A stretch of DNA of 63,296 nt, filler included, from Octopus bimaculoides (Eukaryota), in NCBI RefSeq assembly GCF_001194135.2. It is 5 parts of 4 records of this genome, joined end to end, with 100 filler letters (N's around TTAATTAATTAA, not from the genome) between each part and the next. Parts side by side here need not be neighbours in the genome. Positions count along the whole stretch, not along the records: positions 44,607 to 54,759 come from NC_068997.1; positions 54,860 to 62,100 come from NC_068997.1; positions 62,201 to 63,296 come from NW_026300377.1; 2 more parts are not named here. The stretch is one strand, 5' to 3'. Positions 52,042-63,296 of this stretch are shown here, in pieces. Numbering within the stretch: position 1 is the first letter of the stretch; each line of letters opens with the position of its first letter. The notes under the pieces are model-generated. The model was not told the origin of the DNA. It did not search any database and was given only the letters and a program-made list of their open reading frames with translations. Position numbers and translations under genes: made by a program.

Positions 52042-52639
52042 TATATATGTATGTGTATATATAAACATATACATGTATATATGTCGCTTTCAATAGGAGT
52101 ATATATATTATAATTATATATTATTATATAGTAATTATTGTATATATATATATATATATATAAGAATTTAAGGATTGGAGAAAACGCATGTTATAATTGC
52201 ATACTTTATAACATGCGTTTTCTCCANNNNNNNNNNNNNNNNNNNNNNNNNNNNNNNNNNNNNNNNNNNNNNNNNNNNNNNNNNNNNNNNNNNNNNNNNN
52301 NNNNNNNNNNNNNNNNNNNNNNNNNNNNNNNNNNNNNNNNNNNNNNNNNNNNNNNNNNNNNNNNNNNNNNNNNNNNNNNNNNNNNNNNNNNNNNNNNNNN
52401 NNNNNNNNNNNNNNNNNNNNNNNNNNNNNNNNNNNNNNNNNNNNNNNNNNNNNNNNNNNNNNNNNNNNNNNNNNNNNNNNNNNNNNNNNNNNNNNNNNNN
52501 NNNNNNNNATATATATATATATATATATATATACATGCACACAAACATACATACATATATACATATACATGCATATATACATGCATTTCTACTACTACTA
52601 CTACTACTAATAATAATAATAATAATAATAATCCTTCCT

Positions 52640-52850
52640 ACTATAGGGACAGGGCTCGAAATTTTGTGGGGAAGGTTATATGATCGATTACATCGATCTC
52701 TGTGTTCAAATGGCACTTATTTATCGACCTTCGAAAGGACGAAAGACTAAGTCGACCTCTGGCATTTGAACTCAGGACGTAATGACAGACGAAATTCTGG
52801 TAGACATTTTTTCCGGCGTGTCTACTATTCTGCCAGCTGACCGCCCTAAA
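52640..52850 (-). mobile_element. SINE family C, degenerate; another copy at ~53270-53537 (-)
   Basis: atcgattacatcgatc...ttatcgaccttcgaaaggacgaaagactaagtcgacctc..gcatttgaactcagg...ctgccagct. Confidence 0.7.
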
Positions 52851-52932
52851 AATTGTAACGACTGCAACAACAACAACAATAATGATAATGATAATGGTTT
52901 CAAATATATTATATTATATTATATTATATTAT

Positions 52933-53210
52933 ATTATATTATATTATAATGAAGGCGCTTGGCTTAGTGGTTAGGGTGTTAGCATCATGATCGTAAGAAG
53001 TGTGGTTTCGATTCCTGGAGGTGTTGTGTTCTTGAGCAAAACACTTCATTTCACGTTGCTCCAGTCCACTCAGCTGGCCAAAATGAGTAACGCTTCGATG
53101 GACTGGCGTCCCGTCCAGCTGGGGAACACATACGCCATAGAAACAGGAAACCGGGCCCATGAGCCTGGCTAGGCTTTAAAAGGGCGCATTTGTTATTCTA
53201 TTCTATTCTA
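52933..53210 (+). mobile_element. tRNA-derived SINE (family D) with a V-domain-like central motif and (CTATT)n tail
   Basis: A-box ggcttagtgg, B-box gtttcgattcc; motif gatggactggcgtcccgtccag at ~53097-53118 resembles the V-SINE core. Confidence 0.65.
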
Positions 53211-54129
53211 TTGGCTTCAAATTTTGACTCAGGGTCAGCAAGTTCAGGTGAGTGAAGATATCGAGAGTAGTTATCTTATCGATACCCAAAGGATGAAAGG
53301 TAAAGTCAACCCCGGCAGAATAATAATGGTTTCAAATTTTGGCACAAGACCAGTAATTTCGGAGGAAGGAGCTAATCGATTACATCAACCCCAGTACTCA
53401 ACGGATAGTTATTTTATCGACCCCGAAAGGATGAAAAGCGAAGTCGACCTCGGCGGAATTTGAACACTGATCGTGAAGGCGGGCGAAATACCGCTAAGTA
53501 TTTTGCTAAGTATTTTGCTAACGATTCTGCCAGCTCTCCCCATTCATTATATTACATCTAATTACATTATACAGAATTTTGGTTTATTTTTAATGCCCAT
53601 ACAGATGTAAAAAAAAAAAACCAAAAAAAAACGGTGTTGCTGATGGCGTGCTTTTTAGAGGTTTCATAACAANNNNNNNNNNNNNNNNNNNNNNNNNNNN
53701 NNNNNNNNNNNNNNNNNNNNNNNNNNNNNNNNNNNNNNNNNNNNNNNNNNNNNNNNNNNNNNNNNNNNNNNNNNNNNNNNNNNNNNNNNNNNNNNNNNNN
53801 NNNNNNNNNNNNNNNNNNNNNNNNNNNNNNNNNNNNNNNNNNNNNNNNNNNNNNNNNNNNNNNNNNNNNNNNNNNNNNNNNNNNNNNNNNNNNNNNNNNN
53901 NNNNNNNNNNNNNNNNNNNNNNNNNNNNNNNNNNNNNNNNNNNNNNNNNNNNNNNNNNNNNNNNNNNNNNNNNNNNNNNNNNNNNNNNNNNNNNNNNNNN
54001 NNNNNNNNNNNNNNNNNNNNNNNNNNNNNNNNNNNNNNNNNNNNNNNNNNNNNNNNNNNNNNNNNNNNNNNNNNNNNNNNNNNNNNNNNNNNNNNNNNNN
54101 NNNNNNNNNNNNNNNNNNNNNNNNNNNNN

Positions 54130-54178
<49 letters not shown>

Positions 54179-54355
54179 CATACATTACATATATATGCAT
54201 ATATATGCATGCATAACTATATAAATGTACATACACCCACACACACGCGTATGTATGTATGCATGTATGTATGTATGTTTGTATGTATGTATACTCATAC
54301 ACTAATGTATAGGTGCATGCGAGCATTCGTGCATACGCACATATATCTATATCCC

Positions 54356-54392
<37 letters not shown>

Positions 54393-54696
54393 ACACACAT
54401 ATATATCAAAATATTATTGCTATTTGGCTCCGATAAATCTGGCAGCAGGCAACTTTCCGATTCCTCAATAATTATCATCCAATCATATTTCGAAATAAAG
54501 ATTCACCCGTCACGACCTGCTTCCATTTAATGTCTGTCCTGGAGTCAAGAGAACAGCCATGTTCTCGCTTGTTCTGCCTTTCATCACTGACCTTTCAACT
54601 CCTCCCGAATAGGAACGGGTGGAGAAATAAATGAATAAATAAATGAATGTGACGGGCAGATAGACTGACAGACAGACAGACAGACAGACTGACAAT

Positions 54697-54759
<63 letters not shown>

Positions 54760-54859
54760 NNNNNNNNNNNNNNNNNNNNNNNNNNNNNNNNNNNNNNNNN
54801 NNNTTAATTAATTAANNNNNNNNNNNNNNNNNNNNNNNNNNNNNNNNNNNNNNNNNNNN

Positions 54860-54922
<63 letters not shown>

Positions 54923-55859
54923 CTTTCCTTCATAGGATTCTCCCTCTCTCTCTCTATCATTCATTAATAGTAATTCTCGTCTAAAACACTGTCCATTTTC
55001 TTTTCCATAATTTGTCCTCACTCAATTATTTTTTTGCACCCTTTTTCTTTGTAATTAGGTTAACACCATGAATTTTGCATCTGGTCTTTATATTTCTGAG
55101 TGGTCCGGAGAAAAATCCCATGAGATCGAGACTAGAACATTTTGTAACAGAAGTGAATTATCCTTGTTATCGTAAGTTATTTTCAACAGTAGAAACAGCC
55201 AATAAAAAAAATTGAAAAAAAAAAGAGAAAAAAAAAAGAAAAGAAATTAAAGTGGGTAGGCGTCTAATGATGTCACTGTTGTATAATAGCTTTCCCGCTG
55301 GTTTCATTAGCAAAAAAAAAAAAAAAATTAACATAAAAATAAAACAGTATCTCATCATAGATTTCGTGAATATATTCGTGGAAGACAATAGTGATTTCTT
55401 GCTTCTGTTATTTTCTGGCTAGGCTTAAAACATTAAAACAAGATTTTAGACGAGATTTTGAAACAAGGTATAGTTTTCGAAGCTTAAATTTAAAGCGAGT
55501 GTCTGCATAGTAGATCAACCTAGTTAATAATTTTAAGGAAATAAAATTGTCTTCGATTACTCCTTTGAATATATTTGTCGAAGAGAATTGTTGTTCGCAG
55601 TTACTATTATTCGCTGACCAGATTTGAACCAGATTTGAAGCCAGAGTTATTAAAGAGAGATTCCTCGAGGTTGAACAGGCTAGTATATTTCACATTCAAT
55701 ATTCTTTTTCATAAACTCCTTTGAAATATATTCGCCAAAGACAATTGTAATCACCTGTCATTGTTTTCTAAAGGCTAGATTTTAGACCAAAATTCAAACC
55801 AGGTTTATTAGTTGAAACAAAGGTTTAAATAGCCTAGTTAATTTTAGACCACAAATTGT

Positions 55860-55906
55860 CTGTCTGTCTGTCTGTTTGTCTATCTATCGATCGATCGATC
55901 TGTTTG

Positions 55907-55968
<62 letters not shown>

Positions 55969-56065
55969 AGTCTGTAATCTGCCTGTCTAGCTATCTACCT
56001 ATCTGTCTATCTGTCTGTCTGTCTATCTATCTATCTGTCTAACTATCGATCTGTCTGTCTGTCTG

Positions 56066-56106
<41 letters not shown>

Positions 56107-56130
56107 ATCTATCTATCTGTCTGTCTGCCT
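55860..56130. repeat. (TCTA)/(TCTG)/(TC) compound microsatellite; similar tracts at 6745-6920, 22060-22310 and 50795-50883
   Basis: Directly visible. Confidence 0.95.
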
Positions 56131-56927
56131 ATTTATAAACGCTGGCTGATCGTAGCTATGACCTGGGGTTGAATAATAGACAACTTTTCAACAAACATGT
56201 TTAAGATATAACTATCTAAACATCCATTCATACGTACGTTCAAACACACACACACACACACACACACACANNNNNNNNNNNNNNNNNNNNNNNNNNNNNN
56301 NNNNNNNNNNNNNNNNNNNNNNNNNNNNNNNNNNNNNNNNNNNNNNNNNNNNNNNNNNNNNNNNNNNNNNNNNNNNNNNNNNNNNNNNNNNNNNNNNNNN
56401 NNNNNNNNNNNNNNNNNNNNNNNNNNNNNNNNNNNNNNNNNNNNNNNNNNNNNNNNNNNNNNNNNNNNNNNNNNNNNNNNNNNNNNNNNNNNNNNNNNNN
56501 NNNNNNNNNNNNNNNNNNNNNNNNNNNNNNNNNNNNNNNNNNNNNNNNNNNNNNNNNNNNNNNNNNNNNNNNNNNNNNNNNNNNNNNNNNNNNNNNNNNN
56601 NNNNNNNNNNNNNNNNNNNNNNNNNNNNNNNNNNNNNNNNNNNNNNNNNNNNNNNNNNNNNNNNNNNNNNNNNNNNNNNNNNNNNNNNNNNNNNNNNNNN
56701 NNNNNNNNNNNNNNNNNNNNNNNNNNNNNNNNNNNNNNNNNNNNNNNNNNNNNNNNNNNNNNNNNNNNNNNNNNNNNNNNNNNNNNNNNNNNNNNNNNNN
56801 NNNNNNNNNNNNNNNNNNNNNNNNNNNNNNNNNNNNNNNNNNNNNNNNNNNNNNNNNNNNNNNNNNNNNNNNNNNNNNNNNNNNNNNNNNNNNNNNNNNN
56901 NATATATATATATACATGTATGTATGC

Positions 56928-56961
<34 letters not shown>

Positions 56962-57210
56962 GTATATAAATAGTGTATGTTGGTGCTAAAGATTGGGTGT
57001 GGTGCTGTAACAGATGGCAGTGGTATTGTATATACTCTCATTGAGAGCATCGTGACATGCACGCGCGCGCACACACACACATACACACACGCACACAAAT
57101 ATATATGGTTAAAAAACGAGTGATCGAAATGCACATCATTATCATCACCATCATCATAACCATCTCACTCCCTCTGTCTGTCTGCCTCTCTCTCTCTCAT
57201 TCTCTCTCTT

Positions 57211-57250
<40 letters not shown>

Positions 57251-57279
57251 TATTGTATATATTCTTTTATTCCTTTACT

Positions 57280-57800
57280 TGTTTCAGTCATGTGACTGCG
57301 GTCATGCTGGAGCACTGACTTTAGTTGATCAAATTGACCGCAGGGCTTATTCTTTGTAAGCGTGATAATTATTCTATCGGTCTTTTTTGCCGAGTCGCTA
57401 GATCACGGGGGTGAAAACACACCAACATCAGTTGTCAAGCGATGGTGAAGGGAAAAACACCAGGCACACATACAAATATTCATTCATACATACATACATA
57501 CACACACACACATGTATATACATATATATATATATATATACAACGTGCTTCTTTCAATTTCCGTCACTGACAAGGCTTTAGTCGGCCCGAAGCTGCAGTA
57601 GAGGACACTTGCCCAAGTGCTACGCGTATAATATATGTATATACAATTATATATATATATACTCATACACATATGTATTTATATACGACGTACTTCATTC
57701 AGTTTCCGTCTACAGAATTCACTCACAAGGCTTTGGTCGGCCCGAGGCTACAGTAGAGAAGAGTTGCCCAAGGTGCCACGCATATAATGTATGTATATAC
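57280..57800 (-). mobile_element. Degenerate family A SINE with a locally duplicated internal segment
   Basis: The segment cttctttca.tttccgtc...aaggcttt.gtcggcccga.gct.cagtaga...ttgcccaag plus its flank tataat.tatgtatatacaattatat occurs twice, ~145 bp apart. Confidence 0.7.
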
Positions 57801-57834
<34 letters not shown>

Positions 57835-58406
57835 NNNNNNNNNNNNNNNNNNNNNNNNNNNNNNNNNNNNNNNNNNNNNNNNNNNNNNNNNNNNNNNNNN
57901 NNNNNNNATATATATACATACATATTTATAAATATGCATATATGCATGGAGCTACATGGCACTACATGAGGCTACCGAACGCATATCTATTTTACTCTGA
58001 TCCTTCCGCCATTTGTGACATCTAATATCTTCGACTGGTTATATTCCCTCATCTGTTCACCTCTCTGATGATCGCATACTCAGCCTATGGAACGCTTGGC
58101 TATTCTAGAAACAACTCTAAGAAGCTCTCTATGTTTATATTCCCTATTGAAATTAAATGACAACCACATAGCCAGCCCAGCCAGCCAGCTGACGAACCAA
58201 CCGACCAGTTAGCCTGTTCTGGCAATGAACTTCTCAGAAGCTCCATATTAATCGCTTACCAAGGTTTGCTATTGTCCTTAATATTGCAAGCAAAAAGGAA
58301 TTCGCGCATGACACCATGTCTCGTATCAACTTCGAACTATAAGCTGGAATATTTGCTTCCCATGTCCAGTTGTAAGTAGAAGTACCTGTGCGCACATGCA
58401 TGTGTA

Positions 58407-58451
<45 letters not shown>

Positions 58452-58619
58452 ACCGTATATTGTCCATTCCTGATTCACTCTCATACTCATACATGTATCT
58501 AAACGCCAAGGAATATACAAATATATATACATACATATATGTATGGATTTATGCATATGTTTATATATTATTCATATTGTTATATGATCGAACGTCACGC
58601 ATCCTTTACCCCAAGAATA

Positions 58620-58670
<51 letters not shown>

Positions 58671-59559
58671 TCGTACATAAAAGTGTATACGCATACACAC
58701 ACAAACACACACAAACACACGCACACATATACATCTATGTATACATGTATGTATATGTATATGCGAATCTGTTTATTTGATTAGGTAATAGGTGTAGATG
58801 TATAGCTATGTGTATGTGTATGAGTCTATTTCTATTTATACATGTGTGTATATATAAATGAATACATATGTGTATATGGGGACATGCACACATGTGTATA
58901 TTTGTATATGCGTGGGTACGTATGTGCATATGTATAAATGTGGACGTATGATTGTATATATATATGTGTGTGTGTGTATATATATGTGTGTGTGTGCACA
59001 TATGTATGTATATGTATATACATATATATATATATATATATATANNNNNNNNNNNNNNNNNNNNNNNNNNNNNNNNNNNNNNNNNNNNNNNNNNNNNNNN
59101 NNNNNNNNNNNNNNNNNNNNNNNNNNNNNNNNNNNNNNNNNNNNNNNNNNNNNNNNNNNNNNNNNNNNNNNNNNNNNNNNNNNNNNNNNNNNNNNNNNNN
59201 NNNNNNNNNNNNNNNNNNNNNNNNNNNNNNNNNNNNNNNNNNNNNNNNNNNNNNNNNNNNNNNNNNNNNNNNNNNNNNNNNNNNNNNNNNNNNNNNNNNN
59301 NNNNNNNNNNNNNNNNNNNNNNNNNNNNNNNNNNNNNNNNNNNNNNNNNNNNNNNNNNNNNNNNNNNNNNNNNNNNNNNNNNNNNNNNNNNNNNNNNNNN
59401 NNNNNNNNNNNNNNNNNNNNNNNNNNNNNNNNNNNNNNNNNNNNNNNNNNNNNNNNNNNNNNNNNNNNNNNNNNNNNNNNNNNNNNNNNNNNNNNNNNNN
59501 NNNNTATATATATATGTACGCACACACATACACACTCATTCACACGCAGACGCACACAG

Positions 59560-59590
<31 letters not shown>

Positions 59591-60132
59591 TGTGTATATA
59601 TGTATCTATGTATGTATGTGTGTGTATGTATGCATATGTGTGTATCTATGTATGCGTGTGTATGTATGTATAACAGCTGGTTGACAGAAACTAGTAAACG
59701 AACATACGCTATGTAGGGAGAGAGAGAGAGAGTTTATAAGTGACTGAGTGAGAGAGAGAGACAGAGGGAGAGAAAGAAAAAGAAAGAGAGAAAGGTGGGG
59801 CAAATAAGAGAGAAAGAAATGCTGTGAGTACAACGAGGAGTGAACATCCGTCAATCAATGCCTCCATTTTTAATTTCTCTTGGTCAACGCTGTCAAGTCG
59901 TGTTATTAAATAATTTTATTCATCTGTAATTACCTATATCTATTTATTTATTTATTTTGTTTTCTTTAGTCTCCTACTCTGTCTGAGGTCCTATAGATGT
60001 ATTCTAAATGACGGGTAGTAGGGATTAGGAAGGGTTAGGAGATGGGCATACATTTTTGTTTTTGTGTTATGTTGTTTTTGGTAGAGGTGAACATCAAAGA
60101 GACTAGGATCGGAAACACATTTGAAAGAAGAT

Positions 60133-60252
<120 letters not shown>

Positions 60253-60559
60253 TCGACGGGATTCCGTACTCTTTCTTTCTGCCAAATTAGTTAGCTTGGA
60301 GCTTGGCACTGAACCCAAAGTATGTAACTTTCTCCACTTAGGTTATTTGTTCAATCTACATTCTCGACGAAACTTCGAAGTCACTGACAATAATAAATAA
60401 TAAATATTAGGTGTCAAGTAGTTTTGAATCCTTTATTCGTCCACTAGTTATTGTTACTGGGTTATATGAAAGCGTTTAGTTTTACATGTGTGTGAGTGCA
60501 TGTATGTGTGTGTATGTGTGTGTATGTGTGTGTATGTGAGCGTATTTATTCTCTTGCTC

Positions 60560-60917
60560 TTTCATTTGTTTCACTCGTTTGACTGCGGCCATGCTGGAGC
60601 ACCGCTTCGAACGGTCTTAGTCAAACAATCTACCCCAGGACTTACTTTCTAAGCCTAATTTTTTTTTATTGTATATTCTGTTAAGCCGAACCGCTATATT
60701 ACGGGGACGTAAACACACCAACTCCCGTTGGCAAGCTGTGATGGGGTGGGTGGGACGAACACATGCACAAAGACATACACATACATGTATATATACATAT
60801 ATATATACATACATATACACACACACACACACACACATATATATATNNNNNNNNNNNNNNNNNNNNNNNNNNNNNNNNNNNNNNNNNNNNNNNNNNNNNN
60901 NNNNNNNNNNNNNNNNN

Positions 60918-60992
<75 letters not shown>

Positions 60993-61150
60993 ATATATGT
61001 GCGGCGGGCTTCTTTTAGTTTCCGACTACGAAATCGTCTCGCAAGGTTATAGTAGAAAACACTTTCCCAAGGTGCCACGCAGTAGGACTGAACTCGGAAC
61101 CATGTGGTTGGAAAGCAAGCTTCTTACTAACCAGCTACAACTGCGCCTAG
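60560..61150 (-). mobile_element. Degenerate family A SINE
   Basis: Reverse-complement similarity to family A; internal microsatellite spans a gap. Confidence 0.75.
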
Positions 61151-62529
61151 CCATGTGTATATATTTTCGCGTGTGTGTGCGTGTGTTCGTACGTGTGTGT
61201 GAGTGTGTTTATGTGTATATACATCTTATGTATTTATATTTTATACTACATCGCACACATGTCTCCTAACACACACGCGCGCGCAGGCTGTCACTTTCTT
61301 ATACATACACACAACAATTTTCTCACACACGCACACACACACATGCACTAATTATCCGCATATCAATACATATGAAAGCACACGCCCAATTATAGATTAT
61401 ATTTTATATTGTATCCTAACAATTTTCTTAATTCCATTCCCTTTGTACGCTAAGCTTCATTTTTGTTTTATCTCATTCTACCGCGTGTGTGTATACACAC
61501 GTCCATATTCACACATATATAATAATTAATTTAAGGTGAAAAGTCTCCACGAACTGGTTCTCGGTGTTTCACGTAAATAAATATCAGACATTTTTGTTTC
61601 ACTGTTTACGCGATTGATTGGTTCCATGAAATAACATACAGATCGAAATAAAAAAAGCCGATTCGAAAACTACAGGTCCAAGCCATCACTGGAACTGTAA
61701 AAATCTGTAAAACCTTCCAGAAGTTTATCATTTAAGTATATATGAGAATGTCTAGACATGCAGCTATATGCAAAAGAAGGCATACATAAAAAACATAAAA
61801 ATCTGCATGTATACATACATACGAAGATAAATACAAACGTACAAACACACACATATACATACATACGTACATACATACATACATACATACATACATAATA
61901 CATGCATACATACATACATACATACATACATACATACATACAAAAATCTCCTGTTGTTGGTGTTGAAATTCCAATGAAGGAGACTTGGATCTAGGTTAGA
62001 AACCGGTTCTTTCTCTATTGGCAAGAAATCTTGAAATAAACTGAATAATGACATACACACAGACACACACAGACACACACAGACACACACATACATATAT
62101 NNNNNNNNNNNNNNNNNNNNNNNNNNNNNNNNNNNNNNNNNNNNTTAATTAATTAANNNNNNNNNNNNNNNNNNNNNNNNNNNNNNNNNNNNNNNNNNNN
62201 GTTCCAAGATCTGTATCTAAATTTTTGTGATTCAAAAGAGTGACCAGTGCTATACTACGTTTTCTCGGAACATGTCCAATTAATGATTAATCTTCTTGAA
62301 CGTAATATAATAGAAAATGAAAAATGTTTGCGCTCTTGCAACTAACTGTTCATCATTGCACCTTCTTGCATCATTATTGTTATGGATTTAATATGCATAT
62401 TTCTATAATATTAAGATAGATATACTACCTGAAGAAAGTAATACGGCGACATTCCTGTTGAAAAATTAACCTGTATTAATGTTTGTCGATTAACCTGTAT
62501 TAGTGTATGGATAGTCCTTCGTTCCGGAA

Positions 62530-63030
62530 TCCGATTACAAACAATATCATCTCGCAATCGGCCTACATTTGGAAGCTGAAAGATAGAAAGACTCAGTAAG
62601 AGATATAATGGATAATATTGACAATTTATAAAAAAAAAAAATTGAAGCGTTGGATGTTCTCTTTGCTAAAGAATGGAAATTCGATGATAGTTTCAGCTTT
62701 TAAACACGTACAAACCGAAATTACCTCCGAGTTACCTCTTTTATGTATGTCTTACTGGTATAACAGTTCTATCGAGAAGATGATATTTTTTTTGTGTACA
62801 TCGCAACATCAGGCATTTAATGGACTTTGTATATAGTTTGAGCTTTTGAGTCTCTGATACGGTAGATTGAACTAGTGTTTGTCGATTGTCTTGCAATTTT
62901 AATGGATAATTCTTGGGCAATTCAAAGACAACAACTTTTGGAAACGCATTTACCGAAATATGATTTTTTTTTTTTTAATCAATGAATTAAAAATTACACT
63001 AGTATTACTTGGCCACCTAAAAGTCAACAC
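62530..63030 (+). mobile_element. Possible highly decayed hAT-like transposase fragment
   Basis: One frame with scattered stops: SQSAY..GL, FSF, RVTSF, YIATS, CLAILMDNS, LLETHL, in an order reminiscent of invertebrate hAT-like transposases; weak, from memory of the family pattern only. Confidence 0.3.
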
Positions 63031-63210
63031 AATCATATTTTTAAAACATAATAATAACTGGTCCTTCCCTGGAACATTGGAATATAGGGCCTGTTTCCAT
63101 GATTCTGAGGTGTGTATGTATTCCCTTATTTGAACGTGACACAGGTCTGTCGCAGGATTATCCATTTTTCTCAGCTGAATGAACTGGAGTTATGTGAAAT
63201 GAGATGCTTT

Positions 63211-63296
63211 GTAAGTACTAGGCTTACAAAGAAATAAGTCTTGGGGTCGATTCGTTCGACTAAAGACGGTGCTCCAGCATGGCCACAGCCGAATGA
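63211..63296 (+). mobile_element. 3' part of a family A SINE, truncated by the window end
   Basis: aagtactaggcttacaaagaaataagtcttggggtcgatt...gtgctccagcatggccacag. Confidence 0.8.

Overview
Repeat-dense eukaryotic (metazoan) draft-assembly DNA with many N-gaps and microsatellites. The tRNA-derived SINE families look like those of octopod cephalopods (inference: Octopus sp.). One well-supported gene was reconstructed by hand on the + strand. It has five coding exons (7776-8100, 8972-9159, 12759-12919, 14337-14497, 18803-18855; 888 nt, 295 aa), with all introns GT-AG and phase-compatible. It encodes a probably secreted protein: N-terminal hydrophobic leader, degenerate PAN/apple-like module, and a ~185-aa Trp/Cys-containing C-terminal domain I cannot name. 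A dead copy of its last exon lies 154 bp downstream. The rest is mostly decayed mobile elements: R4/Dong-like, RTE and L1/Tx1-like LINEs, a Penelope-like element, Gypsy RT, three Tc1/mariner families (DD34E, DD37D, DD41D), Helitron pieces, a possible hAT-like remnant and several SINE families. One Tc1 transposase is split into two oppositely oriented halves that share a 16-bp breakpoint duplication, indicating a local 2.5-kb inversion. Four artificial 100-bp spacers (44 N + TTAATTAATTAA + 44 N) show the window is a join of at least five assembly pieces. A few weak candidate exons of other genes are flagged at low confidence. No CRISPR array, rRNA or true tRNA gene was seen, and I found no convincing new biological system; the best leads are the uncharacterised secreted protein and the structural rearrangements.
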